Source: Balanoglossus misakiensis | Lineage: Eukaryota; Animalia; Hemichordata | Assembly (NCBI GenBank): GCA_040954595.2 | Contig: CM082582.2 | Coordinates: 5,688,303-5,752,302, forward strand | Length of the DNA: 64,000 nt | Reading direction: 5' to 3' | Part shown: positions 26,401-38,500 of the stretch, piece by piece | How positions within the stretch are numbered: position 1 is the first letter of the stretch | Layout of the letters: each line of letters starts with the position of its first letter | Made by a program: the position numbers and the translations under genes | The notes under the pieces: generated by a model | Told to the model about the DNA's origin: nothing | The model's input: the letters and a program-made list of their open reading frames with translations, nothing else | Database searches by the model: none

Positions 26401-27297
26401 AAGCATAAAGGGCAGTTACTATGTGTAATACATGCCTTGGCCATAATGATCCTAGAATTCTATATGAACGTGGTAGACTTTTAACAATAATGAAACAATC
26501 TTCCCTGGCAATTGGTTATTACTGGATGACTGGATAAAGTGTATCGTGCAATCAGCAAGCTGGACTGTCTGATATGTGATTTTTCAAGTGAAATAAATCA
26601 ATTTCAGCACTTCTATACTTAAAAAAGAGACCAGAGAGAGGTTAACCTACCTGTCACTAAATATGAGATTGACAAACTTATCCATGAACTCTTTACATTG
26701 CAGCGTGACTTCGTCTTGATGACTTTCCGTGCTGAAGGCCGAACTCCAGGAGCCCTCGGAGCACTCGGACATGGACCGGTTCACCGTCAGATGCATCGCG
26801 TCCGCCTCTGTGCTCTCGTCTATAAAGTCAAACACCCTGCAGGCCGAATTCAAAGCGAAAGTACTGGGCATATCATTGCCGTCTGGTCGATCACGGATGG
26901 GGGCAGCACCGGAGGGGTGGAGAGCACCGGCCGGCACAGCCAATGCCATGGCCCCATTACAGTCAGCGTCGCACCCCACCGGGATATCGTCCTCGTTGTT
27001 ACTCTCTGAATTCAGGTCGTCGGAGTGCATGAACACGTCGTCCTCGTCGTCGTTCTGTACTTCCTCGCTATCCGGCGTCCCGTTTCTCGCTCCGATCGAT
27101 TCCCGGTCCTCCTCCTTCACGGAAGAAGAAGAGAGATTGCCGTTTACACAAGTGGCGTACCCGCTGTCCTCGCTGCATTTGCTCTTGGCCGCTTCTCCGT
27201 TGACCCCCAGACTTCCGATTTTCTTGACAAGTCCAGCTTTGTCTCGCGATTCGGCACAAACATCCCTTTCAAGCTTGATCCCATTGCACTCTGTCAT
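14427..27297 (-). CDS. KIAA0513: KIAA0513-like protein (SBF2-like domain), 8-9 coding exons
   Basis: Exons 27297-26651, 22526-22478, 21806-21688, 18995-18919, (18225-18181, optional), 16655-16586, 15872-15795, 15123-14948 and 14572-14427 are all phase-consistent. Motifs [61 protein letters not shown] and [18 protein letters not shown] match KIAA0513. A non-coding 5' exon probably lies near 28690. Confidence 0.92.
15165..15270. mobile_element. Fragment of the CAGTAAA...TTTACTG DNA-transposon family (see 53770)
   Basis: Shares AACCCTGTCTAATCTGGAAACCTGTCTATAC with the element at 53772-53933. Confidence 0.6.
21468..21670. mobile_element. MITE with TA flanks (CTGTAAAAC family), in a KIAA0513 intron
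   Basis: TA-CTGTAAAACGGGTTACTTTCGC...GCGAAAATAACCCGTTTTACAG-TA. Internal TTTTGGCTCTCGCGT is shared with the 3841 copy. Confidence 0.8.
22032..22262. repeat. Degenerate tandem duplication (~110-130 bp unit)
   Basis: TTTCCAAGG.TGGAAAT, ATCAAATATCAAACTAA, CAGGGTTTATTATTAT and ATAATCAAGGTTAAT each occur twice in the same order. Confidence 0.65.
24090..24266. repeat. Compound microsatellite (TTCA)n/(TCCA)n
   Basis: Directly visible tetranucleotide arrays. Confidence 0.95.
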
Positions 27298-27742
27298 GGT
27301 TGTGATGGAGTATTCCCAATACTCAATTTCCTTTCACAGGAAGCTGCAGTTTATCAACTGGTCATCTTATCAGTCTGCAAGAAATCAATATTGAAAATAT
27401 TATTACGCTCAAGGTTCATTTTGAATGCAGGCCATCTGCGTTTCTCTTCTCATTCGATATCACAGATTCAAATAACCATTATCTCTACTTCACTACATCA
27501 AAACTATCTTTAGCATATTATTTTCTGTATATTACATGTACTAAAATAAGTTTCACAGCCTTCAATATAGTGTGGACAGATGCAAAGTGATAAATGACCA
27601 AACGTTTTTAAAATTTCTGTTTCTAAAAGCAATTGCAATATTAACGGCAATAATAAGTAGCTTGACCAGCATTTGGTTCGATTGAAAATGGGGATTTTAA
27701 AGGAAACTATCCACTGAAAGATTTTTAAGAAGCTTCATCCAT

Positions 27743-27878
27743 ATTACATGTTGGCCACAGGTAGTCTTTTTATTAGTTAGCTGTGATTGGACACTATTCA
27801 TTAATACAAAATTACATGTTGGCCACAGGTAGTCTTTTTATTAGTTAGCTGTGATTGGACACTATTCATTAATACAAA
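27743..27878. repeat. Perfect 68-bp tandem duplication
   Basis: ATTACATGTTGGCCACAGG...CATTAATACAAA at 27743-27810 and again at 27811-27878. Confidence 0.92.
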
Positions 27879-28942
27879 GACATTGGTAGTGAATGAGTGT
27901 AAAATACTGGTACCCTGTAATGAATACACCAATCACAACTATGAGACCAAAATTGTCCCATTCTTATCCAGTGATTGAAAACACTTTTCCATGTTTTGCT
28001 GGTGTAAAATCCATGTGAACTAACTAAGTGAAAGTTATATCAACATGAACTGGTGACCATTCACTGATTCAGCAAGATAAAGGCAACAATAACGTACCAT
28101 TACCATACCAACAATTCTTATTATACAGTTGTGATGTAACAAACGCTTGTCTTACTATTTAGTTGACGGGCTAATCTGGTTCCCACTTGAGGTACAGACT
28201 ATTGTATTGACAACAAGTTATGTTCATTCAGAGAGTAAAACTCCCACGCCAGAACCTGCTATGGGAAAAGCCCGTTTTATTTCATGTTTATTTCTGGACC
28301 AGGAAGAATTCCCTCTCCCTATTATTATGTTAAACAGGACCATATTGCAGGCTGGACTACAGCACAGGTACTGGTGCTGGGCAGCAAAATATCCCCGCCC
28401 TCCCATCGACCCCCTCAAGGAAAATTACTACACGTTCGAGAATCAACTCTCTGTCGACAGACGAGTATGTCCATGCTCGATTAGACCCCAGGTCTGTCAC
28501 GTAATGATCCCGAACGCGATCACCGCAGCGACTGTGCAAACTGCAGAGCTAGCTGATTTTATAGGACGATGTCGATCGGTAGCCAAAGCCTATATAGGTA
28601 GCCATAAACAAGCGTCACTATTTCTCATATGAACGAACAAAATATAATCTTGCGACGAAAACACTGCACAAGAAATTGAAAAAAGATACCTACTTAACAC
28701 GTAACGGACTGCAGAGAATATATCCCTGTTTCCATCGATGGCCAGCAGATGAACACTGTCAGCTACCTTGTCACGTCAGGCAGCATAAATAAACGTACGT
28801 AGTTTCATCCCAAACCCAACCCACAATGTGTCACCTGACCAAAGGTCGAAGGTTAAAGGTCAGCCGGTGCTGTGTGTTGCAGCGCTGCAATGTACACAGT
28901 TAGTTGTTTCAACTATAAGACCTAAATATCACCTTGACATTC

Positions 28943-31900
28943 ATGAATCTGGGCGGTTTGAGGAGTGTCTTCGTGTTCGCCATTCTTGTGGTAATTTTCT
29001 GCGAGTATTTGATCTATTACCTTGTGATATTGCAGTGTTCATGGCCCGTCTTACAGGAAGAGCGATCGGGTACGGGTCATCCAACAGACAACCGCATATC
29101 GGCGCTGTTCTTTGCTGATCCGCATCTTCTGGGGTTGAAGGAAGGTCACTGGTTCGACAAACTGAGGAGGCAAGTACTGTTTGTTTTGGTACTACACAAA
29201 AGAACCTGTGTCTTTTCGCATTTTGTATTAAGATGCCTGTTGTGTCTGTGATATTATATGGATAGAAGTGGATGCTTGTTCAGCTTCAAGAAATGAATGA
29301 AATGAGAGTATTAAGAAGGATGATACCTTGAGAGAAAAATAGTGTAAGGCAGCTGCTGCTTATCACAAACCCCCCTGTATGGTTTACTAATATCATGTGT
29401 TTTTGTATGTTGGTTTATTTTGCTTTTTGTTTCATATGCAATTGCCTGTGTGCAGAGAATGGCAGATGCAACGAGCCTTCCAGACAGCGTTGACACTTCT
29501 ACAACCAGACGTTGTCTTTGTACTAGGTGATCTCTTAGATGAAGGGCAGTGGGCTTCCAATGAAGTAAGTAACCATAGACACAGTATCACGCTACTATTC
29601 TAGCTAGTGTTGCCAGTTGATTTCCATGTTCTATTTGATGCCGATACCCAGGCAGGTTATGACTGTAAGAAGATCCTGTGGTGTGTGTGATTGAAGCCAG
29701 TGTAATCTGAACAAAATCATACATAGAGATGTGCTCAGTCTTTTCGTCCAATTGTTTACATTAAAGGTACACGGTCACCCCTAATTTACATACGTCCATA
29801 TATGGCTGAAATGGCGTATTTGAGTGTTCTAAAGAATATATGGTGGCGCACTTTTTTTCGCGTGTGCCACCCACTGAAAATATGGCTAGATCTCAATTTA
29901 CCATGGTAACTGTAGCTAAAAATGCATAGGTGACCATATACCTTTAACCTTCAAGTCTACTGGCCACACTTCTACAGAGAGAATGGTCAAACTACAAAAC
30001 ATCAAAGGACTAAGTGAAAAAGCTAACCCCTACATGTACATACAGATTGTGATTACAACTGCCTTTGATCCATCAATGCAGTGATGTTAAATCATGGAGA
30101 CAGCTGATTAGAATTTTATTTGTACGTAGGAATTCCATGAGACGGTTGGGAGGTTTAAGTGGATGTTCCGTCATCCAGAAGATGTTCAGTTCCACGTAGT
30201 TGTTGGTAATCACGACATTGGATTTCATCCAAAGTAAGCATAACTTCTGTCACTTGTACTGTACTGTACTGTACTGTACTGTACTGTACTGTACTGTACT
30301 GTACTGTACTGTATAGGGTAACTTAACCCTTTCAAGCCTGGCTTTCTGGGAACATATCTGAATTTCTCCTATATATAGGATATCTGGCCAGGGTTAATAG
30401 CAACTTTATCTATGCCTTTCTTGTATAGGATTATCCCAGTTTTGCATGGCTTGAAACATCATTTGGTTCGATAAGTGACAAATTTCACACTCTGAGTGAG
30501 ACCAGCCTACTAAAATAGGCTATACAGTTTGCTTTGAAGCACTAAATCATGCCAACTTCCAATTTGTGTTAACATATCGTTTTTGTTGTTTTTTCAGGGT
30601 GAGCCAAGAACACCTTGAGAGATTCCAGACAGCATTTGATATTCCAGCAGTCAAGATACTTACGATAAGAAACAACAAGTGAGTGAAAATGACTTTCCTC
30701 AAGGGTCATGAAGTTTCTCTGCTTGAAGGCGCAGGAAATGGATGATGTGTATATCATTTTCAATACTCTACTTCCTAAATAGCTTTCCTCACAAACATAA
30801 CCGCATATCATAGGAAGCCCTAGATGTAGAGTGCAACTCCGATTAAATTTGTTTTCTATTTTTTTTTTCCAGTTTTGTACTTTTAAACAGCATATCCATG
30901 CAAGGTGACAGATGTTTCATGTGCCTTCAAGCAGAGGATCTATTACACCAAGTTTCACAGCAGGTCAACTGTTCAAGAGATGCAGTTTACTATGACGAAC
31001 ATGCAATGGAGTGCGATAAACATGAACTTTTACCCAAATCTGCTCCAATATTACTGCAGGTAAATGTAGTGTACATTTTCTACTGACTGATGTAGGAGTA
31101 TATCGACAGTAATACTGTTTGGGATGTACTCTACTACACTTATAACAGATAACTTTATTACCGTATAAGTATGTTTCATGTGTCAGAAGCGTAAACAATA
31201 AGAAAAGCCTGTTTATCTTGGAGCGCCAATAGCTCCCATGTCACTTTTAGCAAATTGTAGTCAATAAAATACTTAAATCCTCTCCCTATCCTTAAATCGC
31301 CCAATTTTTGCAGCATTTTCCAATGTACCGAGACTCGGATGCAATATGTACTGGTGAAGACGCTGCACCTGCAGACGAGAGACTGATCCGTCACAGGGAG
31401 GGATGGGAAGTTTTATCCAAGAGTGCTTCACAGCAGGTAGGTTCGGCACTCATATTATGTGACAGGTTTCCCATCACTTCTTTTATTTATTACGGTACCA
31501 GTTGGCCAAAATCACTTGCAGTGAGTGTCTGGCACCTTGCCATCTCTTGTACGTACATCACAGTCTAATAATAAAGTGTTTTTGCCTTGTTAGATTTCAT
31601 AATTTTGAGTTTTTGTGAAACTTTTTTTATTTTGTAGCTGTTCTGGTGGATTCAGCCCCGATTTATTCTGAGTGGCCACACACATCATGGCTGTTACCTG
31701 AAACATGGAGACGGAACTCCAGAACTAACAGTGCCTTCATTCAGCTGGAGAAATAGGAATAATCCGAGTTTTGTCTTGGTAAGTCAACAAATCTAGTTTT
31801 GTCTTGGAAGTGTTGTTTTGGGTAAGCCAACAATTAGGGATGTGTACGAAATGTTAAGTAGGTGGGATGGTGTTAAAATGTTGTCAACATTTACCAATAG

Positions 31901-32229
31901 ATGGAGATGTAAATATTGGTGAAGTAAGATGGTGCACAGTGTTTTTGGCTCAGCAAGTGATTTGACATACAATCATATTTTAGTCCTGGTACAACGTCAA
32001 AATTTACATGATTTCTTTATCCTTATTGCTGTGTCGTTTACTTCTCTGTTGCTAGGCAACCATTTCTCCAGATGACATTGCAGTCAGCAAGTGTTTCATT
32101 CCGAGAGAGACCACCGTTATATATACATACATTACAGTTGGCGTTACCATGGTGATGCTCCTCATATTTGTGAGATTGCGACCGCCAGGGCGACAGAAAA
32201 GATCCAAGCCAATTTTTTACAGGAAGTGA
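28943..32229 (+). CDS. MPPE1: Metallophosphoesterase 1 (PGAP5, GPI-anchor remodelling), 8 coding exons
   Basis: Exons 28943-29169, 29456-29564, 30130-30233, 30598-30678, 30873-31059, 31314-31436, 31638-31778 and 32056-32229. Motifs [55 protein letters not shown] and [14 protein letters not shown], with N- and C-terminal hydrophobic segments. Intron 1 has a GC donor. Confidence 0.95.
29761..29947. mobile_element. TTAA-flanked MITE with AGG...CCT termini (Kolobok-like)
   Basis: TTAA-AGGTACACGGTCACC...GGTGACCATATACCT-TTAA. Reverse-oriented relatives at ~39380 and ~61546. Confidence 0.75.
30256..30313. repeat. (GTACT)n microsatellite
   Basis: About 11 perfect pentamer copies. Confidence 0.95.
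30322..30397. mobile_element. Short TTAA-flanked CCCT...AGGG element (possible second piggyBac-type MITE)
   Basis: TTAACCCTTTCAAGCC...GGCCAGGGTTAA. The interior differs from the 85-bp family. Confidence 0.45.
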
Positions 32230-32267
32230 CTGGAATCACTCGTTTAATGTATAAATTCACCCTTAAT

Positions 32268-32315
32268 TTACATGGTACCCATATAAGGTTACATGGTACC
32301 CATATAAGGTTACAT
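32268..32315. repeat. 21-bp tandem repeat in the MPPE1 3' UTR
   Basis: TTACATGGTACCCATATAAGG twice plus a partial third copy. Confidence 0.85.
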
Positions 32316-33808
32316 TATATAGGGTGTGTCGAATGACCATTTGGTGGCATATTTTTTTAATGTGGTCACCTTGTGTAAATCTGTGATTGGCCAGATGTAA
32401 ACTTACCACAGTAATCATTTTATACACCTCACAAAGACATCATCATGAATTTAAGCATAAAACGAGGACAATCAGGAATCTCAATTGATGTGATTGCTCA
32501 ACTTTATCCCCATTGGCCTCTCTTTGAGTTCAAATGTGGGTGTGTGAGGGCGCTAGACTTAGGAAAAGGGTGTACATGTACAGTACATGTATTATGGCAG
32601 CTTAATTTACCAAAGTAACTGTAACTTTAAATGCCAGCAAAAGATAGTCTGCCAAGTGAGTAAATATTATTGATGGACAGAAAGAGAATTCAAATTAATA
32701 GTACTATATTAAATTTTCTACTGTTTTTTTTATACTTTTACACATCAACATACTTGATATTGGTTAAATTTTCCCAATTTGCTTTGCATTGTTGATCTTT
32801 CACATGATATTCTTTTATTCTTCCGGCATGATTGCAATACTTAACTTTGAGGCATTCTATGTTGATGTAGATTGATTTACATGAATCCTATAGTGCTTGA
32901 TACTGGTGTGAAATTTTGGATAACTAGTAATTTTATCAAAATTCAAACTATTTGAATTTATAATAAATATACTTTATTTTGTGTGTGGAAATGAAGGTAC
33001 TGTAAACTTTAGTATTATTGTAAATGCAAAAAGATCATTCAAATAATTACTTAATGCAATCAATAGTTATGAAAAAGGTGATTTTAATTAATTGCTTGCT
33101 TTTTGGTATGCAATGGCGATTTACAAATCAGGTTATAATTTGCAATAAAATTGCAATATTAATCTTATATTTATATGTCATGTTTTTCTTTTGCTTGATC
33201 AGTTTCTATTTTGGTTGATAACATAACTCTTTTGACAATGGCAAAAGGGGTGAAAACAAATTCTTGTTTACAGATGTAATGATCTGCAGCAGAGGCTGAG
33301 CTATCAACATACAGAGTCTGGTAGTCTTGCATGCTTCCCATAAACAGCGGCAAATTTGTGGACTGCTTTGAGAGTCACATTGGTTGGTGTCCCTGTAGAT
33401 CTCAAATGTTGATTTGGATATGGGTGGCTGCACTTGTTGACAGTTGTTTGTTTGTTTGTTTTCTCTTGTCAGTCAAACATGTTCCTTCTGTAAAGTCATG
33501 AAAAAAAATTCTACTGCCACAGTCTATCCATTAACATGAGTTCACGAGTCTGCTGTTATACTGGTCTATTGAAACGAGAAACGTGAATAATATATAATTT
33601 AAGAACGTGTCTATAGAGGGCGCTGTTTACCAACCTGTTGATTTGTGTGGGAGCTTGGTGAAATATCGGGCTCGAAAGTTCTTTTTTTTCTGTACCAAAT
33701 GATAGAAAGTGACCAAAAAGTATGTGCACACATATCCTGTGTATCAAAAATACGAATTGAAGCATGCAAGTTGAATAAAATTCTGAAATCTGCCATAATC
33801 AATCTTAC

Positions 33809-34557
33809 CTCCACTAAGTGGCCAATGCGATACTCCGATAGTATATAGTATGCATCTTTTGAATGACCTTTGTCAGTAAAAGGCCCCGTAGCATCTGACC
33901 CTATATAATAAGGAGTTCAGATTTTAATTTTGTGAAAATGCGATCAATCTCACCAACTTGGAAATACAGGTTTGCCTACAAAATCTCAATTTGCATCTAA
34001 GCAAAACATCTGGTTTCTTTAGATATACTTACTGGTATATCGCATCAGTAATGGAAAACATTGTTTAAAAAGTAAGACAAAATTGCAAGCATTTAGGTGT
34101 GGACCAGCAAACTTTTTAAGAATAAAAATATGAAAAATACTTGCCTGCATATTCCAAGACGATTTCCTCTCCACCTGGATGCTGTTATTAAAAAGTCATT
34201 GGTTAGAAAGCCAAACGAACCAATTTTCTGTAAAGGATATACTAAGCTCTTTCTTCGCACAGGACTAGCGTGGATAAATTCTAACGTTGCTGAAGAGTCT
34301 GAACGATTTTACTGCCTGTTACCATTACAAATATCACTGCTTTTCCGATGCAAGCTCTTTAAACATAGCATTGCTACTAGTATCTCCATGCGGAGTCCGT
34401 TACCTCGTGACAATCTGCTATTTCCATGGCAACTCACCTTGTTGAGGAATTCCGTGACGTCGTAGACACTGTTGTTGATCACCAACCAGCACGAGTTGGG
34501 ACCGCAGTGCTCAGATACTTGTTCCCGTGTGTAAATGTTGCCTACTACGGCCGCCAT
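33809..34557 (-). CDS. Small cytochrome b5 heme-binding protein; terminal exon not resolved
   Basis: Exons 34557-34438, 34181-34145 and 33900-33809 give MAAVVGNIYTREQVSEHCGPNSCWLVINNSVYDVTEFLNK/HPGGEEIVLEYAG/SDATGPFTDKGHSKDAYYILSEYRIGHLVE. Both heme-ligand motifs (HPGG, GHS) are present. Intron 2 requires a GC donor. Confidence 0.88.
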
Positions 34558-35595
34558 ATCTAGCGCTTATCCGTTCACAATCTGTCAGTTTGTTTTAGTG
34601 GGTGCTTTTTGACCCGAATGGGGTGATGAGTGATTTATTTACTGGTGTAGTGAAGTGCAGTTTGGTGCAACGGACAGAATATATTATTTGTGAGCCACGG
34701 AGTGTTTTTTTCTGGAATTACACAAGTACACACATGGATAAATATGATGGATGATTTAGAACGAGTCTTTGCATTACTGTTTCTTTCGTTTATTTATAAG
34801 ATATAGTTTTGAAGGTTTCAATACAGACCTGCTGTACACGTGATACATGTGATCTGTGGTGTATTTGTGGAGGAAAAAACATGCCTGAACTTGGAAACAA
34901 GAATGATCCGTTTGTGGTGAAAAACATGTTTTATTGCCTAGATTGACAAATTTCTTCCCATTCATTTCCTCGCAGAAGAGTGTATGTACATACACCATGC
35001 CGCTGTTATGTTTATTTGATTTCAGTCTTTTATCTTACCATAGAAACAAATCCTCGTAACTTGGCATTGGCAGGGTAGGCCTACAAAATTAATTATCTAT
35101 CAAGTTAACAAAATTGAAGTTTCTCGCAATGACCCTTGGTAAACAAAATTATATCAAAGTGGATTGTTAGGCAAATTCAGTGGAAATAAAAAGCGATTGT
35201 CATACTAAACAATAGAAAAAAAACAGATACACACGGACAGACAGACAGAAAGACAGATAGAAAGACAGAAATCGGTATAACACGGGAGCTAAAAATGATT
35301 GAACCACGCGAAATCTCGCAAGTCGTGTTTACAGAAACGAGAACGTGACGTCAAAGGGCTATCCCGACACTCTCAAAATGGATGCCGATTTATGCAATAT
35401 GTTTGCACCGCGGAGAGAGCGTGTGTTGTTGTGCACGTAGACAATCTGGGCATAGCAGTTGCTTGGTACAATATCCTGTAGCGAAGCGCGATGTTGTCTT
35501 CTAATTCCGAGTCCTGACTATTCATGGTCCGATCAAGGTGATGCAGGGTATCTCGACATCCGCCGGTGTGTGACCGGGCGCCACCGGACGGAAGA

Positions 35596-38500
35596 ATGAT
35601 GATGATGTTTTGTCGGACAGTTAGGTAAGATGACTTCGTAGCGTAGCCTTTTCGCAATGTGGGGGCATTCGCCGTGTTTGGTGTATGTGGGCGAGCAGAT
35701 TCATCGCATTCTATAAAAACACAATCCATATGATTCACTGCTCGAAGACATACTGTGGTGTATCTACAGTGACACTGATAAACTGTGACCTCGACTCCTC
35801 CATATTCCACATGTTCTATGGTGACCTCTGAATGACCTCCACGACTGTGGTTATTAAAGGGGAAGTTAACTCAGCAAGACTTATGGTTATGGGGTAACAC
35901 GCGAGGTAGCTTTGGATTCGGTTATTCAGGAAATCCTTTTTAACTCTATATACAAATGGTTTGCCTATTTTTTTCAGGCTGAATTGGTCTGTGACTTATT
36001 CATCTGCGAAATGTGTGAGAAGGAGTCTGACAACTGCAGAGGTGGCCTCAGCTTTGAGACCCTTCTACTTCGCTGTACACCCAGATTTCTTCGGACAGCA
36101 TCCACGAGAAAGGGTAACTGAAATATTTGTAGTTGTCTGTTGACCACCAATTCCAATATCTCTCCTCTGATTTCTGAATAACTGCAAAAAGCACTGCACT
36201 TTGTAATAGGATGTTACCTTAGAGTCAGTACATTGTATGATTAGTGTCAAGAAAAGATAACTTTTCTAAATGTTTGTGGAGTATGGGCTGAAGAGGAAAA
36301 GCTGTGGAGTGGCCATGCAAATGACCGTGCATAAACACTGCCCTCACACTTCCACCTGTTGTCTCTAGGAGTATCTGTATGCTTACCTGCAAGTCTTACC
36401 ATGTTATGTACAATAGTATTGTCAACAAATGTTAATTCAATGCAGTATCACTCCCATAAGTAATAACTCAACTTTTGATTTCAGGCTGTCAATGATGCCT
36501 CGTTGAAGAAACTGAATTGGTACATTGATTGTCTCCATGATCAGAATTACGTCAAGCCAACAACGTTGACATTTTATTTGAAGGACCATCCTGAAAACAA
36601 AGGTTAGTTGAGAGTGTTGAAAAGATACTGCAGTGAACCAGATTGCCCAGTTATACTCTAACAAAAAAGGGCAGTGAAGACTGGTACTGTGTCAGTCATG
36701 TGAAAACTAACTTGCCGTCTGTTAGCATGACAATTCTCATTTTCAGCAATCCTGTTCTTTTTTTTTCAATATCTGTCCAGGCACACCCAATACAGCCCTG
36801 TCCCAAGTGACATTTACATTAGAGTCTTCCGATGTGCGATGTACGGTCAAGAAGGTTCTGAACGCCTGCAAAATGCCAACAGACTATGTCAAGTCAATTC
36901 CGTCCAAAGGCGTCTTTCCCAGACCAATAAAATGGCACCCGTCTTACTACTTCTACACTGGTAAAATGCCGCCTGAAGATGTGTTCGCAATGCCAACCAA
37001 AGTAAAACCAGACACACTACGGTAAGACTTACTGACTTTCAACAAATTTTCAACCCGAAAATTATTGCATTGCTATAAGCTGCAATAAAGTATGGTTGAA
37101 TATTCAAAAGATTTTTAGCTAAGAATGAATGTGGGTATAAACCATTTAGAGTTGCAACTATTGCCATATTTAGACTTAGCACACTGCAGGGACAAAGACC
37201 TGTTCATCCTAAGTGTAAATATTCCTGTTTTCTCTACACACAGGTATTGGTTAAAAGAAAACATCAATCAGGCAAATGAAAAACTGGCATCAAAACAGTC
37301 CCTTGAGGAGGAAATTCAGGTCCTGACCCAATCCTTACAACAAGAGTTAGGACTTAGAGATATCACGTGGCATTGTGGGTGGGGATTGTCAGCTTTCAGG
37401 GCGTGTCTGAGGAGTTTTAGCCGGCTTTGTGAGCAGCACAGGAGTGACATTAGTGTTCTCAGAGGTATGTACATATAAATTATTGTTGATTTTTACAGTA
37501 ACAATGTCCTACACACTTTTTATTGTAAAAATGTGCAAATTGTTTCATTATGCTATTGGAAGGTCATGGCTCTCCTTGCAATTGTAATATATGTAAAAAA
37601 AAAAAATGCTGACCCAATAAAAAGTTGTCATAAATTGTATTAGAGTGAGTGTTTTCTTAAAAATTTATACTTGCAACTGTTTTTGTTATCCATTTATTTC
37701 AAATGAGCTGAAACTATTTGCACTGTTGACATGTTCCATGCATATCTCTTGTACATGTATGAAAAACTATGTGTCACAACAATGACATTGTCAGGAATTT
37801 TTTGTACTGTTTTCTGCAGCTTTAAATTGATTTTGATTCTTGACCAGGTCGATCGTTGATATTCAGCACGAAGACCGGCGTCAGTCGTGATGGCAGCATT
37901 GTGCTTAGCAACGGAGATGTGCCACATCATTGGCTCATGGTAAATGCACTTTCAGTTGTTGTCTGTGAAACTTTTTCCTCGGGATTACTTCAATGACTTG
38001 AATGCAAAGCTTGTCGGTTCCTTGGGTTGGAAATATTACATTTTTCTTCTAGAAATTGATGTTACTATGGGCCCAGGGGTCCTATTTGTAAAATTTGGAA
38101 AAAGTGTCGGATTGGTACATCTGAACATTGTCATGGCAGATTTGCTGAAGCATACAGACTAAAGAATGGGATACCTAACCTTGTCAAATTACAACTACTA
38201 GTACTAAAAAAGGGTATGGATACCCAAAATCATTTAATCCGTTCATTTTCTGTTTTAATTTTATAATATAAACCTACTTCAGCTGCTGGGATCATTCCAC
38301 ACCTTCAAGGCGGTTTTAGATGAACTTCCCAGACTGGAAGAAGCGGTGTCTGCTCAGCTTGGCGACATCCGAATCATCCGACATGAAAACGAAACAGTGA
38401 TGTTGGCCGAGGACTATCGGACGTTACTGACGCGACTCCTGAGATCTGTCGTCAACTACTACAGACGGAAGAGCCACATTGGCGTTTCTGAATACAGTAA

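Noticed and set aside
26729-27513. 221-aa and 162-aa plus-strand ORFs
   Set aside because: Antisense to the first KIAA0513 coding exon; the low-complexity translation mirrors the sense strand.
28147-28632. 161-aa plus-strand ORF
   Set aside because: Non-ATG start, no domain, and it lies in the probable first intron/promoter region of KIAA0513.
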